Assembly (NCBI GenBank): GCA_041662585.1
Contig: JBAZSG010000004.1
Location: 18,173 to 82,172 of the forward strand
Length of the DNA stretch: 64,000 nucleotides
Direction: 5' to 3'
Origin: Patescibacteria group bacterium
GTDB lineage: Bacteria > Patescibacteriota > Patescibacteriia > UBA1558 > GWA2-36-10
Below are positions 17,909 to 27,394 of the stretch, piece after piece. Position 1 is the stretch's first letter; each line of letters opens with the position of its first letter. The notes beneath the pieces are model-generated. The model was not told the origin of the DNA and did not search any database. It saw only the letters and a program-made list of their open reading frames with translations. A program made the position numbers and the translations under genes.

Positions 17909-18643
17909 ATGCCATACAAATTTGATATAAATGAAACTGCTGATATTTTGGGAGTCAATCCTTATACTTTACGTAGATGGGATAATAAAAAAATACTTAA
18001 AGCTAATAGAGATAGCGAAAAAGGACATCGTTATTATTTTGAAGATGATATAGAAATTTTTTTATCTAATAATTATAAGTATCTTTTAAAAATTGCCAAT
18101 AAATGGTCTCTTTCAAAGGAATCTATAAAAATACCATCTAGGTTCTATTGTGAAGATGCTTTTGTATTTAAGTCTCGTTTATCTAGATTTGCAGAAACTT
18201 TAAAGAGAGATGGTGTTCTTGGAGATTCTTTTTCACTGGTCACTTCTGTTGTAGGTGAAATTGGCAATAATTCATTTGATCATAATATTGGTAATTGGCC
18301 AGACATACCTGGAATATTTTTTGGATATAGTCTAAAAGAGCGTAAAATTATTTTAGCTGATAGAGGAAGAGGTGTGCTCACTACATTACAAAAAATTAGG
18401 CCAGAATTAGCCAATGATAAAGATGCTTTAAAAATAGCATTTACAGAAGTAGTGACCGGTAGATATCCAGAGAATAGAGGTAATGGATTGAAGTATGTCA
18501 AAAAAATAGTACAGAATAATAATATGTTTTTATGGTTTCATTCAGGGCAAAATGCTATTGTGCTAAAAAGTAAATCATCAGATTTGATAAATATAGACCT
18601 AGAGAAATATATGAGGGGGTGTTTTGTTATATTAGAATATTAA
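17909..18643 (+). CDS. MerR-type HTH DNA-binding domain fused to a GHKL (RsbW-like) ATPase/kinase domain
   Basis: 244 aa; N-terminal TADILGVNPYTLRRWDNKKIL...GHRYY (MerR HTH); C-terminal N-box EIGNNSFDH, G1 box DRGRGV, G2 box GNGLKYV. Confidence 0.65.
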   Translation: MPYKFDINETADILGVNPYTLRRWDNKKILKANRDSEKGHRYYFEDDIEIFLSNNYKYLLKIANKWSLSKESIKIPSRFYCEDAFVFKSRLSRFAETLKRDGVLGDSFSLVTSVVGEIGNNSFDHNIGNWPDIPGIFFGYSLKERKIILADRGRGVLTTLQKIRPELANDKDALKIAFTEVVTGRYPENRGNGLKYVKKIVQNNNMFLWFHSGQNAIVLKSKSSDLINIDLEKYMRGCFVILEY

Positions 18644-18659
18644 AAATTAAAATAAAATT

Positions 18660-18950
18660 ATGAATATAGAATTAAAAAAATTTGGCACTACTTTAACATC
18701 AAGAGATGGTGGTAAAGAAGCTTATAATGCACTGCAATCATCATTAATTAATTTTAAAGAAGATGAAGAATTGGTCGTAGATTTTAAGGGCGTTGATACT
18801 TTTTCTCCATCATGGGGGGATGAGTTTTTAGCAAATTTATTTAATAAATACAAAAATAGATTAGTACTTATCAATACTACTAATCCATCTGTAATCGCGA
18901 CTTTGGAAATGTTGTCAGATATAAAAGATATTAAATTTAATTTGCAATAG
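18660..18950 (+). CDS. STAS-like anti-sigma-factor-antagonist-type protein (DUF4325-like)
   Basis: 96 aa; VVDFKGVDTFSPSWGDEFLANL resembles the phosphorylatable-Ser loop of SpoIIAA/RsbV-type STAS domains; 16 nt downstream of the GHKL gene. Confidence 0.5.
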   Translation: MNIELKKFGTTLTSRDGGKEAYNALQSSLINFKEDEELVVDFKGVDTFSPSWGDEFLANLFNKYKNRLVLINTTNPSVIATLEMLSDIKDIKFNLQ

Positions 18951-18984
18951 AAATAAGATATTTAATGATAAAAAATAATAAAAA

Positions 18985-20238
18985 CTAACTCTTACTACTA
19001 GCTTCACCAGCTAGTCGTCCAGTCGCCCAAGCTGCTTGGAGATTGAAGCCACCGGTATAGCCATCAATATCTAGTATCTCTCCAGCAAAATACAAGTTGG
19101 GACAAAGCTTTGATTCCATAGTACTAGGGTTTATCTCTTTTAAAGACACGCCACCAGCAGTGACAAACTCATCGCCAGCTCGACGACTTACTATCGTCAA
19201 GGGTATATTTTTTAACCAAGTACTGACAGCTTGAAATTCTGCTTTGCTTATTTCAGCATTTTTCTTTTGACCGTCTATAGCCAGTTGGGCTAGGAGGACA
19301 GTGGCTAGTGATAGTGGTATTACTTTGCGGATACTATGCTTAAATATTTTTTTGGGCTCAGCTTGAGCAAAGTTTTTTAATTTTTCTTTCAAGTCTTCCA
19401 GAGATAAGTCTGGAAATAGGTCTATAGATACTTTTAGAGGCTTAGTTTCGCTAAAATTTTCAAAAGCAATCAGTGATGACAGAGCAAAGACAGCTGGTCC
19501 ACTGATACCCCAGTGAGTAAAGAGAAAAGGACCAGAAAATTCATGTTTCTTTTTGGTATTAGCTTTTAATTTGGCATTTAGAAAAGACAGACCAGATACA
19601 TCACTAGGCCAAGTTTCTTTGGTGGTCAGTGAGCTGAGACTAGGGGCTAAGTTGCTGATAGTATGTCCTAGGCTTTCGGCTAGAGCGTAGCCATCACCAG
19701 TAGAGCCAGTGTGTCTGTAGGCTTGACCGCCCAAGGTCAAAATGACTTTGTCAGTAGTGAGTGCTTGGTGATTTTTAAAGTGAATAGTAAATTGTTTTTT
19801 ATTTTTTTCAATTTTTGTAACAGAGTGTTTGAGTAATATTTTTTGCTTGTCACTAGATAATATATTTTCAAAGACTCTGACTATATCTTGACCATTATTG
19901 GACACGGGAAAGACTCGCATATCAGCTTCGCATTTTAGAGCTACGCCGTGATTTTCAAACCAATCTTTTACTTCTCTAGGTGGGAAAGCATACATAGCTG
20001 AATTTAAAAATTTATTACCTCGTGGATATTTTTCTAGCACAGTTTTGATATCTTCAATGCCAGTAGTGACATTGCACCGGCCACCACCCGAGATGATTAC
20101 TTTTTTTCCTAGTGAGTCATTTCGCTCAATCAAAAAAACTTCCATTTCTGGATTGTTTTTCACTATAGTAGCGGCACACATCATGCCAGCTGCTCCACCA
20201 CCGATTACTGCTATACGCATAAAATTTATTTTATGCAT
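18985..20238 (-). CDS. HI0933/BaiN-family FAD-dependent oxidoreductase (aminoacetone oxidase-like flavoprotein)
   Basis: GGGAAGMMCA dinucleotide-binding motif, GGGRCNVT, C-terminal TGGFNLQAAWATG. Confidence 0.8.
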   Translation of the reverse strand: MHKINFMRIAVIGGGAAGMMCAATIVKNNPEMEVFLIERNDSLGKKVIISGGGRCNVTTGIEDIKTVLEKYPRGNKFLNSAMYAFPPREVKDWFENHGVALKCEADMRVFPVSNNGQDIVRVFENILSSDKQKILLKHSVTKIEKNKKQFTIHFKNHQALTTDKVILTLGGQAYRHTGSTGDGYALAESLGHTISNLAPSLSSLTTKETWPSDVSGLSFLNAKLKANTKKKHEFSGPFLFTHWGISGPAVFALSSLIAFENFSETKPLKVSIDLFPDLSLEDLKEKLKNFAQAEPKKIFKHSIRKVIPLSLATVLLAQLAIDGQKKNAEISKAEFQAVSTWLKNIPLTIVSRRAGDEFVTAGGVSLKEINPSTMESKLCPNLYFAGEILDIDGYTGGFNLQAAWATGRLAGEASSKS

Positions 20239-20329
20239 TTATCTTAGCATATACTTTGATTTATTAAAAACATTTATTTTATAGTCTGGTTTTGCTATAA
20301 TAAGTATATATTAAATTAATTAAAAATAT

Positions 20330-20644
20330 ATGATTATCACAACAGGGGAAACTATCCCAGGCAAAAAAGTAGTTAAAATTTTGGGTATTTCACGAGGTAG
20401 CACAGTCAGAGCTCGCAATATTGGTCGAGATATTTTGGCCGGGCTCAAAAATATAGTCGGAGGAGAAATCAGTGAATACACCAAGCTCCAAGCCGAGTCT
20501 CGTGAACAGGCTATGGAGCGTATGATAGCCGATGCTAGCAAGCTAGGCGCTGATGCTGTCATCAATCTTCGAATACAAACATCTATGATTATGCAAAATG
20601 CTTCAGAGATGCTAGTTTATGGTACAGCTGTAAAAATAGAATAA
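20330..20644 (+). CDS. YbjQ/UPF0145-family protein
   Basis: 104 aa, typical length, overall similarity to YbjQ (DUF74). Confidence 0.7.
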   Translation: MIITTGETIPGKKVVKILGISRGSTVRARNIGRDILAGLKNIVGGEISEYTKLQAESREQAMERMIADASKLGADAVINLRIQTSMIMQNASEMLVYGTAVKIE

Positions 20645-20777
20645 TTATATGTCAAATTTAATTCCATTTTTGATTTGGGGTATTATCGGGATAATTCTTA
20701 TCTATCTTATTTTCAAAAGAATAAAAGACAAGAAGAAAGAAACTTTTGAAGATAGAGATAATTAATACAAAAAATGA

Positions 20778-20815
20778 AAGTCGCTCTCCATAGTGTTGGG
20801 GAGCGACTTTTTTTG
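20778..20815. terminator. Bidirectional Rho-independent terminator (GTCGCTCTCC...GGGGAGCGAC, A-run/T-run on both sides) between the ybjQ region and the desaturase
   Basis: 10-bp stem seen directly. Confidence 0.7.
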
Positions 20816-20824
20816 GTAGCGTGA

Positions 20825-21976
20825 TTAAGTACTAATCACTTTACACAGCACTAGCCACTTTTGCCATTTTTCATGATAAGCTCGGCGAAGCTCTTTGAGT
20901 TGTTGGCCTAGACTTTGTCTGGCTGGTTTATTGTGTTTGGGCGTAGCCCTATATTCCTTGATGGTTGTTGAGAGTTCTTTACTCAAGGTTCTTAGAGATT
21001 GATAGTATGAGTTTATGAGGTCCTCAATATTATGGTTGGGAAATAGTCCGTGCTTTTGTAAAGCAGCCTGTATCTTGGCTTTGTCCAAATTTTGGATTAG
21101 CCCCAAGAGCCGTTGATGATCCAAACCAATCAATCTATTGGTTATAGTATGGTTATTGTGTTTTTTTAGATCTTTGGCCAGACCTACTTTGCTCATCAAC
21201 CAAATGATCCATTTGTTGGGATCAAATTGATACCAGCGCCAACCATTGCGATAGTCGGCTGGAAAGGCATGGTGATAGCTGTGATAGCCTTCTCCCAGAG
21301 TTATACCAGCCAATATGGCATTGTTTCTGGCAGAGCACTCTCTGGAATAGGATTGCTCACCCCAATAGTGAGCTAGCGAATTGATAAACCACGTGATGTG
21401 GTACGAAAAGAACAAGCGTACACCAAAGACCATGACAAAGGCTCCTAGTAAGTCGCCGAGCATCCAGCTAGTTGTGACAATGACCAGGATGTTAGCGAGG
21501 ACGGCGAGTATTACAAAATAGCGGTTCTGAAAAACCACCAAGCGATTTTCCATCAAATCAGGTACGATTTTTTGGTCAATCTTTGGACGTTTTTCAAAAA
21601 GCCACAATATATGAGCATGGAGCAGACCTTTTTTGACATTGTAAGGATCTCCTTCCTTGTCGGTGTAGCGATGGTGGAGTCTGTGGTCATGACTCCAAGA
21701 CAAGGCTGATCCTTGAATAGTCAAAGTGGCCAAAAAGAGAAAAATACTCTCAGGTAGTTTGGCCATTTGGTATGCCCGATGCGAATAGAACCTATGATAA
21801 GCCGAGGTGACTCCTAGAATACTAGCAAAGAGCCAAAAGATACTTATCATTATCAAGCTCCCAGAAGGTGGGGCGAGATAAAAATAAAATGGCAAGCCAA
21901 GTATAGCTAGAACGTGTACGACGAAAATAAAAATACCAGGTGTGGTCCAGCTTAGATTGGAAAATTTTTCTTTCAT
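20825..21976 (-). CDS. Membrane acyl-lipid/acyl-CoA delta-9-type fatty acid desaturase
   Basis: Three His boxes: HRFYSHRAY, HDHRLHHRYTD, HNYHHAF-like EGYHSYHHAF; N-terminal TM helices. Confidence 0.85.
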   Translation of the reverse strand: MKEKFSNLSWTTPGIFIFVVHVLAILGLPFYFYLAPPSGSLIMISIFWLFASILGVTSAYHRFYSHRAYQMAKLPESIFLFLATLTIQGSALSWSHDHRLHHRYTDKEGDPYNVKKGLLHAHILWLFEKRPKIDQKIVPDLMENRLVVFQNRYFVILAVLANILVIVTTSWMLGDLLGAFVMVFGVRLFFSYHITWFINSLAHYWGEQSYSRECSARNNAILAGITLGEGYHSYHHAFPADYRNGWRWYQFDPNKWIIWLMSKVGLAKDLKKHNNHTITNRLIGLDHQRLLGLIQNLDKAKIQAALQKHGLFPNHNIEDLINSYYQSLRTLSKELSTTIKEYRATPKHNKPARQSLGQQLKELRRAYHEKWQKWLVLCKVIST

Positions 21977-22110
21977 AATAGCTATCTCCTTATTTTTTTG
22001 TTATGATATCTTATTTTCTGTAGCAAGCTTAGCATATTATTGGATTTATTAAAACGTTACTTTTTGTTGGTTTTTTGCTATACTTAGTATATAAAATTAA
22101 AATAAAAATT

Positions 22111-23457
22111 ATGATTAAAAACAACCAAGGATTTAGTGATGCAATTAGTATGACTATTGTCTGTGGTATATTGGGTGCTTTGTTTATTACGGGAGTTTTT
22201 GTGTGGAAAGAAACTGAGCTTTTTAGAGCCAATCAATTTATAAACAAAATTTTTAACATTGAATTAAAGGCTGATACAAAAGACGAAGCTAAAACAATAA
22301 TACTCAATGAAGGACAACATGATATTGTTTTGGATGCTACAGACCAGACTTATATTTTAGCTGATAGTAAAACAGAGCTAGTCTTAAAAAGAGTCCATAC
22401 CATATATGAATTGGGTGGTGAAAATGGTGCATACGGTCCCAATAATATATTTGAAGAAAAAGGTCTTCCTTATCTGAAGATAGATGATGCTTGGTTAGAA
22501 ATTTTTAATGATGCCGAAATTTATAGTAATGGTTATAATATTAAATTGAAAAATAATGGTTGTGCTATTTTAGAAAAATTTCAAGAGGACTATTCTTATA
22601 ATTATATTGATAGTTGCAATATCAGTGTTGATATTAAAAAAGACGAGGCTGATTATATTTTACCCAAAGCCACGGAACATACATTTTCTTTTGATACTCG
22701 TTATGATGGCTTTTTGATAAAAAACAATTATGACAATTTTGTAGCCATTAGAGAAACAGGTTTTTATGTGGGCAATATTGACAACAGCAAAAATCCGCCA
22801 GAGCCAACGAGTTTAAGAGCAGGACTGGATATAATCACCAATTTTGGAGTAAAAAATATAGAATTTGATTTATTTGATGAGAAAGTATTAAATCGTGTTG
22901 ATAGTATAATCATCGGGCCATTAAAAATAAGCTATTCAATCAAAGATGTCGGCAATAGCAATACGCATTGTTATACCGGCTCCTGTATAAATATTTTTGT
23001 CATTGAACTCAAGTCAGAAGTAATTGATGATAAATATTCAGAAGTCAAGATTATCTCTCCGGCTTCATTATTAGAAGAGCCAACAAATGAAGAGCTACTT
23101 TTAGAAGCCATAAAATCAAATGATAAACAGCTGTGTAATAATATATTAGATTTGGACAAAGAATTGTGTATAAATGTTTTTGAAGATAAATGTGATGTAT
23201 ATTCAGATATAAATTTGGAATCATGCGAGTATTTTAAAACCATTTTAGACAATAGTATTGTCATTGATAATACGACAGTCTGTTTGCCAGAACAAAGAAA
23301 TGCCGATGCTTGTGTGTTTATATATGATCCAGTCTGTGCTAGTGTCAATGTAGAATGTATTACTGCGCCTTGTCCACCAATCAAACAAACTTTTTCAAAT
23401 TCATGTGAGGCTTGTCGTAATAGTCGGGTGATTGATTATATAAAAGGTGAGTGCTAA
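22111..23457 (+). CDS. Secreted hypothetical protein with a C-terminal Kazal-like Cys-rich domain
   Basis: Signal/TM at N-terminus (MTIVCGILGALFITGVFVW); C-terminal DPVCASVNVECITAPCPPIKQTFSNSCEAC fits a Kazal-like disulfide pattern; start chosen at the internal ATG. Confidence 0.5.
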   Translation: MIKNNQGFSDAISMTIVCGILGALFITGVFVWKETELFRANQFINKIFNIELKADTKDEAKTIILNEGQHDIVLDATDQTYILADSKTELVLKRVHTIYELGGENGAYGPNNIFEEKGLPYLKIDDAWLEIFNDAEIYSNGYNIKLKNNGCAILEKFQEDYSYNYIDSCNISVDIKKDEADYILPKATEHTFSFDTRYDGFLIKNNYDNFVAIRETGFYVGNIDNSKNPPEPTSLRAGLDIITNFGVKNIEFDLFDEKVLNRVDSIIIGPLKISYSIKDVGNSNTHCYTGSCINIFVIELKSEVIDDKYSEVKIISPASLLEEPTNEELLLEAIKSNDKQLCNNILDLDKELCINVFEDKCDVYSDINLESCEYFKTILDNSIVIDNTTVCLPEQRNADACVFIYDPVCASVNVECITAPCPPIKQTFSNSCEACRNSRVIDYIKGEC

Positions 23458-23477
23458 TTAAATAAAAATTTATAAAC

Positions 23478-23517
23478 AAAAAACCGTCCTGAGCGTAGTC
23501 GAATGGACGGTTTTTTA
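23478..23517. terminator. Bidirectional terminator (AACCGTCC...GGACGGTT flanked by A-run and T-run) between convergent genes
   Basis: 8-bp stem seen directly. Confidence 0.7.
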
Positions 23518-23522
23518 AAATA

Positions 23523-24026
23523 TTATTTTTTCTTTTTTTTGCTAGCTACTTTTTTCTTGGATGTTTTTTGTTTTACTACTTTATTGGAGCTAGCTTTTTT
23601 ATTTGATTCAGTTTTTTCTTCAGCTGGAGCATGGGGACTCAAAGCTTTTAAGAGCTCATCAAATTTGTAGTTTAGAGTTTTCAAACTCTTCAAGATATCT
23701 TTGGTATCATTGTTTTTGGCACCAGAGCTTCTATCTTCAAAGCTAGGTCTTCTATCTCTGTCGCCACCTCTGTCTCCACCACGTCTATCATTGCCTCTAT
23801 TACCACCACCTTGTTTACTAAAACAGTCACTACAAAAAATAGGTTTATCACCGCTAGGTTTAAAAGGTACTTCACAGCTTTTATGGCAAGCATCACAAAC
23901 TGCTTGGTGCATTGTTGGTCTTTCGCCTCTGTCTCTATTAAAACCACCACCACCGCGTCTATCTCCACCTCGGTCTCTATTAAAACCACCCCCGTGCCTA
24001 TCTCCACCTCTATTAAAGTTTCCCAT
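23523..24026 (-). CDS. RGG/RGD-repeat zinc-ribbon protein (putative nucleic-acid binding) with a Lys-rich tail
   Basis: 167 aa; GGDRHGGGFNRDRGGDRRGGGGFNRDRG repeats flanking CDACHKSC...FCSDCF (CxxC-x13-CxxC); KKKK tail. Confidence 0.5.
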   Translation of the reverse strand: MGNFNRGGDRHGGGFNRDRGGDRRGGGGFNRDRGERPTMHQAVCDACHKSCEVPFKPSGDKPIFCSDCFSKQGGGNRGNDRRGGDRGGDRDRRPSFEDRSSGAKNNDTKDILKSLKTLNYKFDELLKALSPHAPAEEKTESNKKASSNKVVKQKTSKKKVASKKKKK

Positions 24027-24166
24027 AGTTGATTTATATTAGTTAATATATTTTATATTCTAGCTATTTTATAGATAAATAGCAATAGCACTTGCTAAAT
24101 AAGCTATATTTTTGTAACCTTTTATAGCTAGCATGGTATTTAATAAATGTAAGCCAAAACAAATAA

Positions 24167-24700
24167 GTGAATTCACATAATGAGGAAAATTTGAAAAGTC
24201 TTATATTGTTGAGCATAGAGGGCAGGGAAAGTTCTTTTCAACAATTATATGAACATTTGTCAGATCAATTGTTTAGATTTGTATTTGCTCGTTGTAGCAA
24301 CAGAGAAGATACGCTGGACTTATTACAAGATATATTTGTTGATTTGTGGAAAGCTTTGCCAAAATTTAAATATTCTACCGATGCTGAATTTTATAGTTTT
24401 GTCTTTACGATTACTCGTCGTAAGCTCAGTAAATATTATAGGTTTAAAAATAAGTCTGTAGTCTTTGACGAAAAATATATCAGAGAAAATTATGAAATAC
24501 AGCCAGAGGATTATTGGCTACTTGAAAAGATAATCCCGAGGCTCAAAGATAAATATCGTCAGGTTTTAGAATTACGCTATTTTAGTGATTTCACTTTTGC
24601 TCAAATTGCAAAATTTTTGAACATCAAAGAATCTACAGCCAAGGTACAGCATCATCGAGCTATCAAACAACTCAGCGATATAATCAAAAAATATGAATAG
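24167..24700 (+). CDS. ECF-type sigma-70 family RNA polymerase sigma factor
   Basis: Region 2 (LLQDIFVDLWKAL) and region 4 HTH (YRQVLELRYFSDFTFAQIAKFLNIKESTAKVQHHRAIKQL); GTG start in track. Confidence 0.75.
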   Translation: MNSHNEENLKSLILLSIEGRESSFQQLYEHLSDQLFRFVFARCSNREDTLDLLQDIFVDLWKALPKFKYSTDAEFYSFVFTITRRKLSKYYRFKNKSVVFDEKYIRENYEIQPEDYWLLEKIIPRLKDKYRQVLELRYFSDFTFAQIAKFLNIKESTAKVQHHRAIKQLSDIIKKYE

Positions 24701-25550
24701 TAATATAAACAATAAACTAGAAAAAATAAAAACTAAATCTTTGTCATCAACAGAAAAAGATACTCTGTGGCAAGGTATTAGTCATGATATAAATCAAGAA
24801 AATAATTTATCATTTTTTAGTTTGTTGTTTAGTAGAAAAGTGGTGTTCAATATAGCTATAGCTATATTGGTAATTTTTGGAGGATTTATCGCTACTGTCC
24901 AAGCAGCCGATAGAGCCAAACCAGGTGACAAATTGTACGCTCTAGATAGAGCAGTAGAAAATATACAAATTACTTTTGCTTCTCCAGCCAATAAAGACAA
25001 ACTCAAAATAAAATTTTCTCAGGAAAGAGCTAGTGAAATACAAGGTGTAATTAAAAAAAATATTGATGAAGATTTTGAATTTGAAAAAGACAAAAATAAA
25101 AATTCCAATGTCGGGAATAATGTCGGGAATATAGAAGAATCTAGTCATGATGCCTTAAAATATATAATTAAAGTAAGGAATGAATTGTTTGAAAAAAACA
25201 ATCAAATAGCTGTAGATGATTTGGATATTTTGCTAGAGAGTGTACAGGCTAGTCTAGCTACATTGCCAGACAATATGAAAGTAGATGTAGAAATAGAAGA
25301 AGAAAACAACAAAGCTGAATTTAGGATTAATTTTAAAGATGAAGATGGTCAATTTAAGATAAAATATAAATCAGCCGAAAATAATAAAAATAATCGTAAT
25401 ACTAATGATAAAGAAGAAGAAGATGAAGATGAAAATGAGGATATTGAATTGAAAAATCAAAAACTTGATAATATTAATAATGACGAAGAAGAAGATGAAG
25501 ATGAAAATGAGGATGATGACAAAGATGATAAAGAAGATGAAGACAGATAA
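24693..25550 (+). CDS. Single-pass membrane protein, putative anti-sigma factor, with a long acidic repeat tail
   Basis: Start overlaps the sigma factor stop (ATGAATAG); one TM (VVFNIAIAILVIFGGFIATV); tail with duplicated EEEDEDENED blocks and NVGNNVGN. Confidence 0.45.
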   Translation: MNSNINNKLEKIKTKSLSSTEKDTLWQGISHDINQENNLSFFSLLFSRKVVFNIAIAILVIFGGFIATVQAADRAKPGDKLYALDRAVENIQITFASPANKDKLKIKFSQERASEIQGVIKKNIDEDFEFEKDKNKNSNVGNNVGNIEESSHDALKYIIKVRNELFEKNNQIAVDDLDILLESVQASLATLPDNMKVDVEIEEENNKAEFRINFKDEDGQFKIKYKSAENNKNNRNTNDKEEEDEDENEDIELKNQKLDNINNDEEEDEDENEDDDKDDKEDEDR

Positions 25551-25628
25551 TAGAGGTTTTTGTGGCACTTCTTGTAATTATTTAGCCAAAGTGATATTTT
25601 AAATACATAACAAACTTTAAATAAAAGT

Positions 25629-26171
25629 ATGAAAAAAAATATTCTTATTTTTTTGCTGTCAGCAGTCATTATTGTTTTGGCTGTTTTTGGTTTTAATTAT
25701 TATAAAAAACCAGTCAATGAAAATTTAAATGTCAATAATAATGTCAATGACAATGGAAATCAGGTAAAAAAGTTAGCCACTGATTTGACAGTCAAAGTTT
25801 TTTTGGGCAACGAGCAATTTAATCCCAATGCTATGGATTGCAGCTTGGTTTATCCTGTTGAAAGAAAAGTAGCTGTTACTCCGGCGATAGCTAGAGCCGC
25901 TTTGAATAGTCTATTGCTTGGTCCAAGCAACACGGAAAAACAAAATGGATATTATACTTCTCTTAATACTGGAGTAAGTATTAATTCACTTAAGATTGAA
26001 AATAAAACTGCTTATGTGGATTTTGATAATCAATTGGAACAAGGGGTTGGTGGCTCTTGTCGAGTTTTGGCCATTGCTTCTCAAATCAGAGCTACACTGA
26101 TGCAGTTTGATACAGTAGAGAATGTAGTGATATCAATTGACGGCCGGACAGAAGATATTTTACAGCCATAA
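25629..26171 (+). CDS. GerMN-domain (Gmad2-like) secreted protein
   Basis: N-terminal TM; LVYPVERKVAVTPAIARAALNSLLLGPS...YVDFDNQL...ISIDGRTEDILQP matches the GerMN pattern. Confidence 0.55.
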   Translation: MKKNILIFLLSAVIIVLAVFGFNYYKKPVNENLNVNNNVNDNGNQVKKLATDLTVKVFLGNEQFNPNAMDCSLVYPVERKVAVTPAIARAALNSLLLGPSNTEKQNGYYTSLNTGVSINSLKIENKTAYVDFDNQLEQGVGGSCRVLAIASQIRATLMQFDTVENVVISIDGRTEDILQP

Positions 26172-26194
26172 TATTTTGAAATATTTATAAAATA

Positions 26195-26225
26195 AAAAGC
26201 TAGGTTTTAAAACTTAGCTTTTTGA
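26195..26225. terminator. Bidirectional terminator hairpin (AAAGCTAGG...CTTAGCTTT)
   Basis: Stem-loop with flanking A/T runs between convergent genes. Confidence 0.6.
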
Positions 26226-26263
26226 TTTGGGCTCTGAGATTATCGTCGTATAATTGTTTATAG

Positions 26264-27199
26264 TTATTCTTCAAAAACAATTTGGGAGACTATAAAGAGT
26301 AGATAAAATATTATCAAAACAATACCCTCGGATCTTTTTAAGTTCCGACCACTTCTATAAAATACAAAAACCAAAGACAAAAGAAGGGCCATACCGATAA
26401 GTAGTATATAGTAGGATTTATCAATAGTCAGACTAAAAGGACGAGTGACCGAGAACACACCAATCAACAGCACATTCACCATTGCTGATCCTAGTAAATT
26501 GCTCAAGGACAATTCTTTGACGTTGTTTTTCCAGGCTCTTATAGTCACAATTATTTCTGGGAAATTGGTACCAATGGCAAAAATAACAATACCAATCACA
26601 AATTTACTTAGTGGAAGTTGGTACAAAATTTTGGCTGTGAGATCAACTGTAAAATTTGCTACCAAGAGCACCATGATAATTCCCAAAATAAATAGAAAGA
26701 TGTTTTTTAGGAGGCCTTTGTTGTCCGAAAAATGAGGCATGTCAATTGTATGGTGTTGTCCTCGATATAAAATAATTAATAGGGCAAAATAGCCGATGAT
26801 AATAGTGAGTCCTTCGGCAACACCTAGGGTGCCATTGATTCCCAATAATACCGGTATAAATAAAAATAATAAGATACTAGCAAACTGCCAAAGATTTTGT
26901 TCGGAATTGATTTTTCTTTGTAGGTAGATATTGATTCCTAGTATTAAGCCAAACAAAACCATTATTCCACCAAATAGATTTCCCAAGGAAATATTGGGTA
27001 CATCATCAATGATGGCGTTTATACCAATGGCCATTTCTGGAAAGGAGGTAAAAAATCCCATTACTAATCCTAGAAAAAATATACCAATACCCAATTTCTC
27101 AGCGATAATACGTAAATTATAAATAGCTAGGTCAGCTGACTTGCCCAAAATATAAAATAAAGCCAGTAGTGCTAAAATAATGGTTATGGTTTGATACAT
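26264..27199 (-). CDS. CaCA-family cation/Ca2+ antiporter (YrbG-like)
   Basis: Two alpha-repeat regions with GTSFPEM / GTNFPEI motifs; polytopic. Confidence 0.75.
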   Translation of the reverse strand: MYQTITIILALLALFYILGKSADLAIYNLRIIAEKLGIGIFFLGLVMGFFTSFPEMAIGINAIIDDVPNISLGNLFGGIMVLFGLILGINIYLQRKINSEQNLWQFASILLFLFIPVLLGINGTLGVAEGLTIIIGYFALLIILYRGQHHTIDMPHFSDNKGLLKNIFLFILGIIMVLLVANFTVDLTAKILYQLPLSKFVIGIVIFAIGTNFPEIIVTIRAWKNNVKELSLSNLLGSAMVNVLLIGVFSVTRPFSLTIDKSYYILLIGMALLLSLVFVFYRSGRNLKRSEGIVLIIFYLLFIVSQIVFEE

Positions 27200-27394
27200 G
27201 GTTTATGGTAATAATTAAATATATTTTATTGATTCTTTGTGTATTATAGCATAGATTTATAAAATTTATTAAACAAAAAACCACTAGCCAGAAGGCTACT
27301 GATTTTTTCATTGGCTCCGCCCTACGTCGCGCAGTGCTCCTCAGGACGTCGCAGTAAAAATAAAAATCCGAACAAAAGTTCAGATTTTTATTTT

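Noticed and set aside
20649-20765. 38-codon hydrophobic mini-ORF (MSNLIPFLIWGIIGIILIYLIFKRIKDKKKETFEDRDN) before the terminator at 20778
   Set aside because: It is plausible as a small membrane peptide but too short to support without conservation or expression data, so it is not reported as a feature.
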